A program made the position numbers and the translations under genes. A model generated the notes under the pieces. The model saw only the letters and a program-made list of their open reading frames with translations, was not told the origin of the DNA and searched no databases. A DNA stretch of 48,236 bases from an uncultured bacterium (GTDB taxonomy: Bacteria; Gemmatimonadota; Gemmatimonadetes; Gemmatimonadales; Gemmatimonadaceae). Shown here in pieces: positions 17,040 through 28,080 of the stretch (position 1 is its first letter; each line of letters opens with the position of its first letter). The DNA lies in assembly GCA_963978095.1 (NCBI GenBank), contig CAXBQP010000021.1, positions 1 through 48,236 on the forward strand, read 5' to 3'.

Positions 17040-19712
17040 ATGACCTTCCGCCGCCAGATGTGCTTCGGGGCGCTCGCCCTCGTCGGTTCCATGTCACTGG
17101 GCGCGCAAGCACTCCCGCGCTACCGCGACCCGCACCTCGCCCCCGCCGAGCGCGCACGGGATCTGCTCGGGCGCATGACCCGTGACGAGAAGTTCTGGCA
17201 GCTGTACATGAGCCCCGGCGACATCGGCAACCCGGCTCATGACTATCGAAGCGGGGCCTTCGGACTCCAGATCGAAGCCGGCCGTGCCGAGCCCAAGCCG
17301 GGAACGATGCGCCGAGCGCGCGCCGATGCCGCCCGAGCGGACGCCGCACATATCGCCGAGGTCGAACGGTGGTTCGCCACAGAGTCCCGCCTCGGCATCC
17401 CGATCATCCCGTTCGAGGAAGGTGTACACGGCCTCACCCGGGAGGGCGCGACGATGTTTCCCCAAGCCATCGCGCTCGCCGCCACCTGGGACACGACGCT
17501 GATGGGACAGGTCGCCACCGCCATCGGCCGTGAGGCGCGAAGCCGCGGAATCCGGCAGCTGCTCTCCCCCGTGATCAATGTGGTGCGTGATGTCCGGTGG
17601 GGGCGCGTGGAAGAGACCTACGGCGAGGACGCCCTGCTGACCACACGGATGGCGCTCGCCTACATCCGGCCGATCGAACAGCTCGGCGTCGTCACCACCC
17701 CCAAGCACTTCGTCGCGAACGTCGGGGAGGGGGGACGCGACAGTTATCCGATCGAGATCTCCGAACGGCAACTGCGCGAAGTCTACTTTCCCCCGTTCCG
17801 CGCCAGCATCGCCGCGGGGGCCCGATCCGTGATGACGGCCTACAACTCGGTCGACGGCACTCCGGCCACCCAGAACCGGTCGTTGATCACCGAGACGCTG
17901 CGCCGCGACTGGAAGTTCCCCGGTTTCGTGATCTCGGACGCCGCGGCCACGGGGGGCGCGACGGTGTTGCACATGACCGAACCGAACACCGCCGCCGCCA
18001 CGCACGACGCCTTCAACGCAGGGCTCGATGTCGTCTTTCAGTCCTCGTACGAGCAGTCGCGTCCGTATCTCGCCGCCTTCACCCAGGGGCTCGTCAGCGA
18101 CAGCGTCATGGACGCTGCGGTGCTCCGCGTGCTCACCAACAAGTTCGCCATCGGATTGTTCGATGAGCCGGGGGCGGATCCCGAGCGCGCGGCATCGCTC
18201 GCGGGGAGCGCCGCCCACCGCGCGCTGGCTCGTGAGGCCTCGCGGGCGTCGATCGTGCTGCTCCGCAACAGCAGGAACACGCTCCCGCTCCGCACCACGC
18301 CGCAACGCATCGCCGTGATTGGAGCCGACGCCATCGACGGACGACTCGGCGGATATTCGGCCCCGGGGGCCAAGGCGGTGACCGTCCTCGACGCGATCCG
18401 CGAGCGTGCCGCAGCGATCCGTGGTTCCACCGTGCGCTTCGCGCGCGGACCGGGGCGCATTTCCCCCACCGTGGTCGCCGTGCCGGCGAGTGCCCTGAGC
18501 CACGACAGCACCGGCATCCGCTCCGGCGGACTGCGCGCCGAGTATTTCGACAACAACACCGTGAGCGGGGCGCCGCGCGTGACGCGCGTGGACGATCACA
18601 TCGACTTCGGATGGACACTGAGTGCCCCGGCACGCGGGATTCCCTTCGACTGGTACTCCGTGCGGTGGACGGGACGCATCACCGCGCCCGCATCCGGCGT
18701 CGCGCGCATCGGTGTGGAGGGCAACGACGGCTTCCGCTTGTGGGTGGACGATGCGCTCGTCCTCGACGACTGGATGAAACGCAGCGCCGGCACGCGCACG
18801 GCCGCCCTCACCATGGCCCCCAACAGTTCGCATCGCATTCGCCTGGAGTACTTCGAGAGCACGGGCAACGCGCGGGTGCGTCTCGTCTGGGACGCCGGCG
18901 CTGACCGCACCTGGCAGCGCGCGATCGACAGCGCCGTGGTCGCGGCCCGGAGCAGCGATGTCGCCGTGGTCGTTGCCGGACTCGAGGAGGGCGAGTTCCG
19001 TGACCGCGCCCACCTCACGCTCCCGGGACATCAGGATGCGCTCATCCAAGCGGTCGCCGCGACCGGTACGCCCGTGGTGGTCGTGCTGATCGGCGGCTCG
19101 GCGATCACCATGGACCCGTGGCTGGATCGCGTCGCGGCCGTCGTGGATGCCTGGTACCCCGGGGAAGAAGGCGGTCATGCGATCGCCGACGTGCTGTTCG
19201 GCGACTACAACCCGAGCGGCAGACTCCCCATCACCTTCCCCGTCTTCGAAGGACAACTTCCGCTCTACTACGATCACAAGCCCACGGGGCGCGGCGACGA
19301 CTATACGGATCTCACGGGGCAGCCCCTCTTTCCGTTCGGTTTCGGGCTGAGCTACACGACGTTCGCGTACTCCGACCTGCGCATCGCACCGGCGATCATC
19401 GGGCCCGATGGCTCGGCCACCGTCCACTGCACGATCACCAACACCGGATCCCGCGCCGGCGCCGAAGTCGTGCAACTGTATCTGCGTGACCTGCTGGCGT
19501 CCGTGGCACAGCCCGTCATGGCACTCAAGGATTTCGCGCGGGTCTCGCTTGCCCCGGGCGAATCGCGGACGCTCAGCTTCACGCTCGGGCGTGATCAGCT
19601 CCAGCTGCTCGACCGTGACCTGAAGTCGGTGGTCGAGCCCGGGGGGTTCCGGGTGATGATCGGCTCGAGCTCGAAGGACATCCGTCTCCGAGGCGAACTC
19701 ACGGTCAAGTGA
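17040..19712 (+). CDS. Secreted GH3 beta-glucosidase/xylosidase with PA14 and fibronectin-III-like domains
   Basis: SRLGIP, RWGRVEETYGED, KHF, VISD nucleophile region, PA14-like insert (SVRWTG, NDGFRLWVD), GRLPITFP, PFGFGLSYTTF, GAEVVQLY. Confidence 0.93.
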   Translation: MTFRRQMCFGALALVGSMSLGAQALPRYRDPHLAPAERARDLLGRMTRDEKFWQLYMSPGDIGNPAHDYRSGAFGLQIEAGRAEPKPGTMRRARADAARADAAHIAEVERWFATESRLGIPIIPFEEGVHGLTREGATMFPQAIALAATWDTTLMGQVATAIGREARSRGIRQLLSPVINVVRDVRWGRVEETYGEDALLTTRMALAYIRPIEQLGVVTTPKHFVANVGEGGRDSYPIEISERQLREVYFPPFRASIAAGARSVMTAYNSVDGTPATQNRSLITETLRRDWKFPGFVISDAAATGGATVLHMTEPNTAAATHDAFNAGLDVVFQSSYEQSRPYLAAFTQGLVSDSVMDAAVLRVLTNKFAIGLFDEPGADPERAASLAGSAAHRALAREASRASIVLLRNSRNTLPLRTTPQRIAVIGADAIDGRLGGYSAPGAKAVTVLDAIRERAAAIRGSTVRFARGPGRISPTVVAVPASALSHDSTGIRSGGLRAEYFDNNTVSGAPRVTRVDDHIDFGWTLSAPARGIPFDWYSVRWTGRITAPASGVARIGVEGNDGFRLWVDDALVLDDWMKRSAGTRTAALTMAPNSSHRIRLEYFESTGNARVRLVWDAGADRTWQRAIDSAVVAARSSDVAVVVAGLEEGEFRDRAHLTLPGHQDALIQAVAATGTPVVVVLIGGSAITMDPWLDRVAAVVDAWYPGEEGGHAIADVLFGDYNPSGRLPITFPVFEGQLPLYYDHKPTGRGDDYTDLTGQPLFPFGFGLSYTTFAYSDLRIAPAIIGPDGSATVHCTITNTGSRAGAEVVQLYLRDLLASVAQPVMALKDFARVSLAPGESRTLSFTLGRDQLQLLDRDLKSVVEPGGFRVMIGSSSKDIRLRGELTVK

Positions 19713-19804
19713 GTCGCGAACCGGTCGGCCGCTCCCGCCGGCTCCCCAGACCCTCTCCCCGAACGGGGGCCCGAGAGCGAAGTTTAGGGGGTACCTCTCA
19801 ACGG

Positions 19805-22800
19805 ATGCCCCGAATGCCCCGACCCGCACGCCCCGCCCTCCGACTCGGCGTTTCGACCTGCGCCGCCCTTGCCCTCGTCCTCGGCGCCTGGCGCGTCGGT
19901 GACTCGGCACCCTCCGGTTCCCCCGCACTCAGCACGGTGGACAGCACGGTGTTGAAGACCTTCCGTTGGCGCAGCATCGGCCCCGATCGTGGCGGTCGGT
20001 CGATTGCCGTCAGCGGCGTCAGGGGACGCGCCAAGGAAGCCTACTTCGGCGCCGTGGGCGGAGGGCTGTGGAAGACCACCGATGGCGGCGACAGCTGGGC
20101 CCCAGTGACCGACGGCCAGATCAAGAGCTCGTCGGTCGGCGCGGTCGCCGTGAGCGAATCGAATCCGGACATCGTGTACATCGGCACCGGCGAAACCTGC
20201 ATCCGCGGCAACATCATGGCCGGCGACGGCGTCTACAAGAGCGCCGATGCCGGCAAGACGTGGACGCGCATCGGCTTCGAGAAGTCGGAGAACATCTCCA
20301 AGATCCGCATCCACCCGACCAACCCGGACATCATCTTCGTCGCCGCCTTCGGCAAGCACTCGGCGCCCAACGAGGAGCGCGGCGTCTACAAGAGCATCGA
20401 CGGCGGCAAATCATGGAAGAAGGTGTTGTATCGCGACGACAAGACGGCCGCGATCGACATCAGCATCGACCGCAACAACCCGAACGTCATGTACGCCGCG
20501 ATGTGGGAGGCCTTCCGCAAGGAATACACCATGTCGAGCGGCGGCCCCGGCAGCGGGCTCTTCAAGAGTACCGATGGCGGCGACACCTGGACCGAGATCA
20601 CCCGCAATCCCGGCATGCCGAGCGGGCTGATCGGCCGCATCGGCGTGAGCGTGAGTGGTGCCAACTCCAAGCGCGTCTACGCGCTGGTGGAGAACGACAA
20701 CGGCGGCCTGTTCAGCTCGGACGATGCCGGCGCCACCTGGAAGCTCATCTCCACGGACCGCAACATCCGGCAGCGCGCGTTCTACTACACGCACGTGTTC
20801 GCCGATCCGAAGGACGAGAACACGGTGTACATGCTCAACACGAGCGCGTACCGCTCGACCGACGGCGGCAAGACGATGGTGAGCATCGGCAACGGCACGC
20901 ACGGCGACCACCATGACCTCTGGATCGATCCGGATGATCCCAAGCATCTGGTGAATGGCAACGACGGCGGCGGTGCCGTCTCGATGAACACGGGCGCGTC
21001 GTTCAGCGCGCAGACCTTCCCGACGGAACAGTTCTATCATATCGCCGCCACCGCGCACCTGCCGTACCACGTGTGCGGTTCGCAGCAGGACAACACCACG
21101 CTCTGCGTGCCCTTCAACTGGAACTACACGCAGGGCGGCGGCGGGCGCGGCGGACGTGGCGGTGGGGGAGGACGTGGCGCACCGCCGCAGTCCGCCCCAT
21201 CGTATCAAGCCGGTGGCGGCGAGCCGGGCTACATCGCGCCGGATCCGCTCGACCCGGATGTCTTCTACTCCGGCACCAACAACGGCGGCTACCTCGACAA
21301 GTACAACCGTCGCAACGAGCAGCACCGCGAAGTGAATCCGTATCCGTGGTTCTACTCCGGTGAGCCGAGCTCCGAGATCAAGGAGCGGTGGCAGTGGACC
21401 TATCCGATCGTCTTCTCGAAGCTCGATCCGAAGTTGCTCTTCGTGTCGTCACAGCGCCTCTGGAAGACCCGTGATGGCGGACAGAACTGGACCGCCATCA
21501 GCGGCGATCTCACGCGCCACGACCCCAAGACCATGGGAACGTCGGGCGGTCCGATCACGGGCGACATGAACGGTCCGGAAGTCTACGGCGTGATCTTCTC
21601 GGTCGGGCCGAGCAAGAAGGATGTGAACGTCATCTGGACAGGCTCCGATGACGGGCTCGTGCATGTGACGAAGGACGGCGGCAAGAGCTGGACGAACGTC
21701 ACCCCCAAGGGGATGCCCGAGTTCGGTCGCGTCTCGCAGATCGATGCGTCGGCGTTCGATGCCGGCACCGCGTACATCTCGGTGCGGCGTCCGCTGCTGG
21801 ATGACAAGTCGCCCTATCTGTTCAAGACCGCCGACTTCGGCAAGTCGTGGACGAAGATCGTCAACGGCATCCGTGCCGACGACTGGATGCATGCGATCCG
21901 CGAGGACCCCACGCGCAAGGGACTCCTCTACGCGGCCGCACAGCACGGCGTGTACATCTCGTATGATGACGGCGCCAAGTGGGAATCGCTCGCGCTGAAT
22001 CTCCCCGACGTGCCGGTCAGCGACCTGATCGTGCAGGACAACGAGCTCGCGATCGCCACCCATGGTCGTGGCTTCTGGATCCTCGACAACATCGGTCCGC
22101 TCCGTCAGACCGGCGCGGCCGTCGACGCCGCTGACGCATGGATCTACGAGCCGGCCGCCGCGTATCGCACCGGCCCCGGCGCGACCTTCACCTATCTGCT
22201 CAAGAAGGCGGCCAAGCAGGTGACGATCGACGTGCTCGACAGCGCGGGGAAGCTCGTGAAGTCGTTCGGTCCGGATACCGCACCGCCAGCGCCGGCCGGT
22301 CGCGGTGGTGGACGCGGCGCGGTGCCTACGCCGGCTCCCGCCACGACGGTCGGCATGAATCGCGTGAACTGGGACCTGCGGTACGAGGGAGTCACATCGT
22401 TCCCGGGGATGATTCTCTGGGGCGCCAGCACGCAGGGCCCCGTCGCACCGCCCGGTACGTACCAGGTCCGTCTGACGGTCGATGGCAAGTCGCAGACGCA
22501 GAAGTTCAAGGTCAAGCGCAACCCGATGATCACCGACGTCAGCGACGCCGACCTCCGCGCGCAGTTCGCGCTCGCGATCAAGGCACGCGACCGGGCGAGC
22601 GAGGCCAATCAGGCGGTCATCGACCTGCGCAACGTGAAGGCACAGGTCGCGGACCGCCTCAAGAAGTCGCAGGACGCGAAGCTCAAGGCGACGGGCGACA
22701 AGCTGGCCTTCAACAGTGCCGATGTCGAGGACGACATCTATCAAGTGAAGAACCAGGCGGGCCAGGATCCGCTCAACTTCCCGATCCGCATCAACAACCG

Positions 22801-23026
22801 GCTCGCGAACCTGCTGCGGATGGTCACCGCAGGCGAAGGGCGCCCGACCAACAACCTCCCGGCGCTCTACGACGAGTACGTCAAACTCCTCAAGGTCCAG
22901 ACCGACCGGAAGGACAAGGTACTTGATGTCGACCTCAAAGCCTTCAACGCGGAGCTCAAGCGGCTTGGCATGATTCCGGTCGATCCGAAATGTGCGAAGG
23001 CCGAGGGGTGCAGTTTCGTTCCGTGA
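19805..23026 (+). CDS. Secreted VPS10/BNR (Asp-box) repeat glycosyl hydrolase-like protein
   Basis: WRSIGP..GGR start, many K(S/T)xDGGx(S/T)W Asp boxes, ATHGRGFWI, C-terminal PGTY Ig-like and helical tail. Start 19805 or 19814. Confidence 0.88.
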   Translation: MPRMPRPARPALRLGVSTCAALALVLGAWRVGDSAPSGSPALSTVDSTVLKTFRWRSIGPDRGGRSIAVSGVRGRAKEAYFGAVGGGLWKTTDGGDSWAPVTDGQIKSSSVGAVAVSESNPDIVYIGTGETCIRGNIMAGDGVYKSADAGKTWTRIGFEKSENISKIRIHPTNPDIIFVAAFGKHSAPNEERGVYKSIDGGKSWKKVLYRDDKTAAIDISIDRNNPNVMYAAMWEAFRKEYTMSSGGPGSGLFKSTDGGDTWTEITRNPGMPSGLIGRIGVSVSGANSKRVYALVENDNGGLFSSDDAGATWKLISTDRNIRQRAFYYTHVFADPKDENTVYMLNTSAYRSTDGGKTMVSIGNGTHGDHHDLWIDPDDPKHLVNGNDGGGAVSMNTGASFSAQTFPTEQFYHIAATAHLPYHVCGSQQDNTTLCVPFNWNYTQGGGGRGGRGGGGGRGAPPQSAPSYQAGGGEPGYIAPDPLDPDVFYSGTNNGGYLDKYNRRNEQHREVNPYPWFYSGEPSSEIKERWQWTYPIVFSKLDPKLLFVSSQRLWKTRDGGQNWTAISGDLTRHDPKTMGTSGGPITGDMNGPEVYGVIFSVGPSKKDVNVIWTGSDDGLVHVTKDGGKSWTNVTPKGMPEFGRVSQIDASAFDAGTAYISVRRPLLDDKSPYLFKTADFGKSWTKIVNGIRADDWMHAIREDPTRKGLLYAAAQHGVYISYDDGAKWESLALNLPDVPVSDLIVQDNELAIATHGRGFWILDNIGPLRQTGAAVDAADAWIYEPAAAYRTGPGATFTYLLKKAAKQVTIDVLDSAGKLVKSFGPDTAPPAPAGRGGGRGAVPTPAPATTVGMNRVNWDLRYEGVTSFPGMILWGASTQGPVAPPGTYQVRLTVDGKSQTQKFKVKRNPMITDVSDADLRAQFALAIKARDRASEANQAVIDLRNVKAQVADRLKKSQDAKLKATGDKLAFNSADVEDDIYQVKNQAGQDPLNFPIRINNRLANLLRMVTAGEGRPTNNLPALYDEYVKLLKVQTDRKDKVLDVDLKAFNAELKRLGMIPVDPKCAKAEGCSFVP

Positions 23027-23052
23027 TCATGAGGTAGACGTGCGCTGATCGC

Positions 23053-23110
23053 ACGAGACGCAGCGAGTGAACCGGCGACGTGGTGACCACGTTGCCGGTT
23101 CTGCGTTCGT
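23053..23110 (+). terminator. Long GC hairpin after the VPS10 gene (terminator or stabiliser candidate)
   Basis: 15-bp stem gaaccggcgacgtgg / ccacgttgccggttc (one G-U) with a 3-nt loop, extendable by acgagacgcag / ctgcgttcgt. No clear U-tract. Confidence 0.4.
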
Positions 23111-23267
23111 ACGACGTGCTGCGACGTGTGACGCGCGACGTCGAAGCCTCGGGCGCTCGCCGACCTCCGCATTGCCACCCCCTGCCCTTCCCCCACTACT
23201 ATTAATCAGCGCGGCAAGCCCAGCGACCCGCGCCTCCCGCACCTCCCTCATCTCGAGGCACCCCCGC

Positions 23268-25577
23268 ATGCGCATCACCAAAGTCGGTGTCGTCGGCGCC
23301 GGCGTCATGGGGCATGGCATCGCCGCCCTGTGCGCGTCCGCCGGACTCCCGGTCGTCCTCCTCGATATCCCGGGCTCCGACGACCCCAACTCCCCGGATC
23401 GCTCCGCACCCGCTCGCAACGGGCTGACCAAAGCGATCAAGTCAAAGCCCGCGGCCTTCATGGATGCCGCCGCTGCGGCCCTCGTCACCACCGGCAACAC
23501 CGCCGACCATCTCCACCTGCTCAGCGACTGCGACTGGATCGTCGAAGTCATCATCGAGCAGCCGAAGCCCAAACAAGAGCTCTTCGCGAAGATCGAGCAG
23601 CTCGCGCCCCACGCCATCGTCACCTCGAACACCTCGGGGATCCCGATGGCGATCCTCCTCGAGGGACGCAGCGAGCGCTTCCGCAAACAGTTCTGCGGCA
23701 CCCATTACTTCAATCCGCCGCGCTACATGCACCTGCTCGAGATCATCCCGACGCCGGAGACGGCGCCGGAGGTCCTCGACGCCGTGCGCCACTTCCAGGA
23801 ACGGATCCTCGGCAAAGGCATCGTCATCGCCAAGGATGTCCCGGGCTTCGTCGCCAACCGGCTCGGTGTGCACGGCATGGTCGTCGCCGGACGCGCGATG
23901 ATGCACTACGATCTCACCATCAGCGAGGTCGATACCCTCACCGGCGCCCTGATCGCACGCGCCAAGACGGCCACCTTCCGCACCGGCGACCTTTCCGGCA
24001 TCGACGTGCTCGTGCACGTCACCAAAGGGCTCTCCGACACCACCGGCGAGGATCTGTCGCTCGCGCCGTGGATTTACGAGCTCGTGAAGTCGGGCCGCTT
24101 GGGCGACAAGACCAAAGCCGGCTTCTACAACAAGAAGGGGAAGGAGATCCTCACCCTCGACTGGAAGACGCTCGAGTATGAGGACCAAGGCCGCTTTTCC
24201 TCGCCGGAGATCGACGCCCTCCTCAAGCTCCCCGCCACGCAGCGCGTCAACAAGGCGAAGGATCTTCCCGGCAAGCACGGCGATTTCCTCCGCACGATCC
24301 TCGTCGAGCAGTGCCACTACTGCCTCTCGTTGACGCCGACGCTCGCGTACGATCTGGCCTCGGTGGACCGCGCCCTCGAGTGGGGCTACGGCTGGGAGAT
24401 CGGCCCCTTCAAGGTCATGGACGCCCTCGGACTCGACTGGCTGCGCGCCGAGTTCAAGAAGGCGGGAAAGGACGAACCGGCGCTGCTCCAGAACGCCGGC
24501 AGTGCCTTCTACGAGGGAACAGGCGAAACGATCACGCTCGCGACCGCGAGCGGTCCGCGTATCGCACTCCCGAAAATCCCGGGACAGATCATCCTCGCCA
24601 ACACCCCAGTCGTGGACTCGAACACGGAAGCCCGCCTCCGCGATCTCGGTGACGGCGTGCTCTGCCTCGAGTTCTGCGGCAAGATGAACACCCTCGGACC
24701 GGGCGTCCTCGAGATGGTCGCCAAGTCCATCGACCGCGTCGCCAGTGGCAACTACGCCGGCCTCGTGCTCGGCAACGATGACCCGCGCACCTTCTCCGCC
24801 GGCGCGAACCTCGGCGCTGCCGCAGGTGCAGCGGCCGCCGGTGACTGGAAGGCGATCGAAGCGAGCGTGAAAGCCTTCCAGGATGCGGTCACGAGCGTGC
24901 GTCGCGCACCGTTCCCCGTCGTGAGCGCCCCCTTCGGCCTCTGCTTGGGCGGCGGCGTGGAGTTCTCGCTCCACTGCGACCGTATCCAGGCGCACGCCGA
25001 GTTGTATCTCGGGCTGGTTGAAGTCGGAGTTGGCATCATTCCGAGTGGCTGCGGCACCAAGGAGATGCTGTTCCGCTTCGTCGGCGCACTTCAACCGTAT
25101 GAGGAGGCCGACAACTTCGAAGCCGCAAAGCGCGCCTTCAAGCTCATTGCCCTCGCAGCGACGAGCACGAGTGCCATGGAAGCCCGCAAGATGGGCTTCC
25201 TCCGCCCCGTGGCCGATCGCATCTCCTTCAACCGCGACACCCTGATCAGCGACGCCAAGGCGCGCGTGCTCGACCTCGCGCCGGACTACGTCTCGCCCGC
25301 GATGAAAACCATCCGCGTCGGCGGTCGCGAATGGCTGGGCAATCTCGACTACGCCCTCTTCTCCTTCCAGGAAGCAGGACAGGCCAGCGCGCACGACGTA
25401 CGCATCGGCCACGAGATCGCCTACGTGCTCTCCGGCGGCGATGGGCCGCCGCGCGACGTCACCGAACAGGACATCATCGACCTTGAGCGTGAAGCGACCC
25501 TGAAGCTCCTCGGCACGACCGAGACGCAGGCCCGCATCAAGTACATGCTCGAAACCGGCAAGCCGCTGAGGAACTGA
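23268..25577 (+). CDS. 3-hydroxyacyl-CoA dehydrogenase / enoyl-CoA hydratase (FadN-type domain order)
   Basis: [31 protein letters not shown], then a crotonase domain ([24 protein letters not shown]), ending TGKPLRN. Confidence 0.93.
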   Translation: MRITKVGVVGAGVMGHGIAALCASAGLPVVLLDIPGSDDPNSPDRSAPARNGLTKAIKSKPAAFMDAAAAALVTTGNTADHLHLLSDCDWIVEVIIEQPKPKQELFAKIEQLAPHAIVTSNTSGIPMAILLEGRSERFRKQFCGTHYFNPPRYMHLLEIIPTPETAPEVLDAVRHFQERILGKGIVIAKDVPGFVANRLGVHGMVVAGRAMMHYDLTISEVDTLTGALIARAKTATFRTGDLSGIDVLVHVTKGLSDTTGEDLSLAPWIYELVKSGRLGDKTKAGFYNKKGKEILTLDWKTLEYEDQGRFSSPEIDALLKLPATQRVNKAKDLPGKHGDFLRTILVEQCHYCLSLTPTLAYDLASVDRALEWGYGWEIGPFKVMDALGLDWLRAEFKKAGKDEPALLQNAGSAFYEGTGETITLATASGPRIALPKIPGQIILANTPVVDSNTEARLRDLGDGVLCLEFCGKMNTLGPGVLEMVAKSIDRVASGNYAGLVLGNDDPRTFSAGANLGAAAGAAAAGDWKAIEASVKAFQDAVTSVRRAPFPVVSAPFGLCLGGGVEFSLHCDRIQAHAELYLGLVEVGVGIIPSGCGTKEMLFRFVGALQPYEEADNFEAAKRAFKLIALAATSTSAMEARKMGFLRPVADRISFNRDTLISDAKARVLDLAPDYVSPAMKTIRVGGREWLGNLDYALFSFQEAGQASAHDVRIGHEIAYVLSGGDGPPRDVTEQDIIDLEREATLKLLGTTETQARIKYMLETGKPLRN

Positions 25578-25579
25578 TC

Positions 25580-26755
25580 ATGAACATCCGTGAAGTCGTC
25601 ATCGTCAGCGCTGTCCGTTCAGCGGTCGGGCGCGGCAAGAAGGACGGTTCGCTCGCCAATACGCACCCGATCGATCTCTCGGCGGCGGTGCTCAAGAGCG
25701 TCGTCGAGCGCGTGAAGGTCGACCCCACGCTGGTGGACGACGTCCTCTGGGGCTGCGCCATGCCCGAGGCGTCGCAGGGGCTGAACGTCTCGCGTCTCGC
25801 CCTGCTCCGCGCCGGATTCCCGGTGAGCGTGAGTGGTGCCACCGTGAATCGTTTCTGCTCGAGCGGCCTGCAGACCGTCGCGATGGGCGCGCAGGCCATC
25901 ATGAGCGGAATGCAGGATGTCGTCGTCGCTGGTGGCGTGGAGATGATGAGCGCGGTGCCGATGTCGGGGTTCAACACCCGACTGCACCCGGAGATGACCG
26001 AAACCAACATCGGGATGGGATTCACCGCGGAGCGCGTGGCCAAGCGCTGGGGGATCACGCGCGAGATGCAGGACCAGTTCGCGCTCGAGAGCCAGCAGAA
26101 GGCCGCCGCGGCGCAGGCACGCAAGGCATTCGACGGGCAGATCGTTCCGGTGCCGGTGCAGAAGGTCGCGTGGAAGGGAGCGAAGAAGACCGTCGTGGAT
26201 GGCATCTTCGCCACTGACGAGATGGTGCGCGGCGCGACGACGATGGAAGGGCTCGCCAAACTGCCGCCGGCCTTCAAGCCGGGCGGGAGCGTGACTGCCG
26301 GCAACAGCAGCCCGCTGAGCGATGGCGCGTCGGCGGTACTCATGATGAGCGCCGACAAGGCCAAGGAACTCGGACTCACGCCGCTCGCGCGCTTCGTGAG
26401 CTTCGCCGTCGCCGGTGTCGAACCGGACGTGATGGGGATCGGCCCCGTCGCGGCGGTGCCCAAGGCACTCGCCAAGGCGGGGCTCACGCTCGACCAGATC
26501 AAGATCATCGAACTGAACGAAGCCTTCGCCGCCCAGGGGCTCGCGGTGGTGAAGGATCTCGGCATCGACCCCACGCGCCTCAACGTGAATGGTGGCGCCA
26601 TCGCCCTCGGTCACCCGTTGGGGGCCACCGGCGCCAAGCTCACCACGCAGCTCGTGCACGAACTCCGCGCGCGGGGCGGCGGACTCGGCATGGTCACCAT
26701 GTGCGTCGGTGGAGGCATGGGGGCGGCGGGGATCTTCGAGGTCGTCGGGGCGTAG
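25580..26755 (+). CDS. fadA: Acetyl-CoA C-acyltransferase (thiolase)
   Basis: [33 protein letters not shown]. Confidence 0.93.
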   Translation: MNIREVVIVSAVRSAVGRGKKDGSLANTHPIDLSAAVLKSVVERVKVDPTLVDDVLWGCAMPEASQGLNVSRLALLRAGFPVSVSGATVNRFCSSGLQTVAMGAQAIMSGMQDVVVAGGVEMMSAVPMSGFNTRLHPEMTETNIGMGFTAERVAKRWGITREMQDQFALESQQKAAAAQARKAFDGQIVPVPVQKVAWKGAKKTVVDGIFATDEMVRGATTMEGLAKLPPAFKPGGSVTAGNSSPLSDGASAVLMMSADKAKELGLTPLARFVSFAVAGVEPDVMGIGPVAAVPKALAKAGLTLDQIKIIELNEAFAAQGLAVVKDLGIDPTRLNVNGGAIALGHPLGATGAKLTTQLVHELRARGGGLGMVTMCVGGGMGAAGIFEVVGA

Positions 26756-26819
26756 CACGCTCGGCAAGAGTCCGGTCGAAACGCCACCCCTGACCCTTGC
26801 CCTCCAGCCGCGCCACGAA

Positions 26820-26837
26820 CATCTTAGAACTAAGATG
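26820..26837. promoter_or_regulatory. Palindromic MarR operator 1, overlapping the marR start codon
   Basis: CATCTTAG-AA-CTAAGATG, perfect 8-bp arms. Near-identical copy at 27402-27417. Confidence 0.8.
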
Positions 26838-27371
26838 AAAACCCGCCAGGCTCCCGACGCGCCCGCACACACTGAGTACGATCTCCCGACCGCCACAGCG
26901 CTCAAGCTCTGGGTCGTCTTGAGCCGTGCCCAGTGGGCGGTGGAGCAAGTCTCCATCAATGACATCGAGCGTCATGGACTCAGCCCCACCGAGTTCGCGA
27001 TCATCGAAGTGCTCTTCCATAAGGGACCGCTGCTCCTGGGCGAAGTCCAGCGCAAGGTCCTCGTGTCGAGCGGCGGCATCACCTTCCTCGTCGACAAGCT
27101 CGCGAAGCGCGGACTCGTGGAGCGTCGCGACTGCCCCACTGACCGCCGTGCCCGCTATGCCGCGCTCACGCCCCAGGGCGAGGCGCTCATGCACGAGATC
27201 TTCCCAGCACATGCGGCCGCCATCCGCGAGGCCGTCGCCGCTTTGCCGACCGCCGAACAGCAGGCGCTCATCGCCGTGCTCAAGACGCTGGGCAAAGAGG
27301 CCGAACGCGTCGCAGCGGCAACCCCGCGCTGCCAGAAGGCGGTCGAGGCGATGCAGGACGCGGCCTCGTAG
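26835..27371 (+). CDS. MarR-family transcriptional regulator (MhqR-like)
   Basis: ALKLWVVL, HGLSPTEFAIIEVLFHKGP, SSGGITFLVDKL, DRR...LTPQG. Confidence 0.9.
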   Translation: MKTRQAPDAPAHTEYDLPTATALKLWVVLSRAQWAVEQVSINDIERHGLSPTEFAIIEVLFHKGPLLLGEVQRKVLVSSGGITFLVDKLAKRGLVERRDCPTDRRARYAALTPQGEALMHEIFPAHAAAIREAVAALPTAEQQALIAVLKTLGKEAERVAAATPRCQKAVEAMQDAAS

Positions 27372-27374
27372 CCC

Positions 27375-27419
27375 TTGACGCCTCCTTCTCCATCCGCTAA
27401 TATCTTAGAAGTAAGATAT
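27375..27419 (+). promoter_or_regulatory. yceI sigma70 promoter with overlapping MarR operator 2
   Basis: TTGACG (27375-27380), 17 nt, TAATAT (27398-27403). Palindrome ATATCTTA-GAAG-TAAGATAT at 27400-27419 covers the -10 and likely start site. Confidence 0.8.
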
Positions 27420-27481
27420 ATACTCGTGCAGGATTTTTCGACCATTCGCTGACCCATCAACGCCGTTAGGAGCCCCGCCCC

Positions 27482-28006
27482 ATGAAGTGGAACATCGACG
27501 TGACCCATTCGCAGGCCGAGTTCGCCGTCAAGCATTTGATGATCTCGACCGTGCGTGGCCGTTTCAAGACGATCAGTGGCTTCGGCGAGAGCGATGCCGC
27601 GGGCACCCTGACCAACGTCTCGCTCGACATCGACGTCGCCAGCATCGACACCAACCAGCAGCAGCGCGACGACCATCTCCGCTCGGCGGACTTCTTCGAC
27701 GTCGCCAACAACCCCACCATGACCTTCCGCTCCACGGCCATCAGCCAGAGCGGCGACGACATCACGATCACCGGCGACCTGACCATGAAGGGCGTGACCA
27801 AGTCGGTCACCCTCACCGGTGAATATTCGTCGCCGGTCAAGGATCCCTGGGGCAATCAGCGCGCGGCCGTGAACGTGTCCGCCAAAATCAACCGCAAGGA
27901 TTGGGGCCTGGAATGGAACATGGCGCTCGAGACCGGCGGCGTCGTGGTCAGCGAAGAGGTCAAGCTCTCGATCGAAGTGCAGGCCGTAGCTGAGGCGACG
28001 GCGTAA
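27482..28006 (+). CDS. yceI: YceI-family polyisoprenoid/quinone-binding protein
   Basis: WNIDVTHS...FAVKHLMISTVRGRF, SIDT...RDDHLRSADFFD, GDLTMKGVTK, INRKDWGL. AGGAG RBS. Confidence 0.92.
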   Translation: MKWNIDVTHSQAEFAVKHLMISTVRGRFKTISGFGESDAAGTLTNVSLDIDVASIDTNQQQRDDHLRSADFFDVANNPTMTFRSTAISQSGDDITITGDLTMKGVTKSVTLTGEYSSPVKDPWGNQRAAVNVSAKINRKDWGLEWNMALETGGVVVSEEVKLSIEVQAVAEATA

Positions 28007-28029
28007 GCGTTGCGCGCGGCAGTCACGAG

Positions 28030-28067
28030 AACGGCGGCCCCGGGCATCCGGGGCCGCCGTTTCTTCT
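28030..28067 (+). terminator. Intrinsic terminator after yceI
   Basis: Perfect 14-bp stem aacggcggccccgg-gcat-ccggggccgccgtt followed by tcttct. Confidence 0.75.
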
Positions 28068-28080
28068 GGAGCAGTCACGC

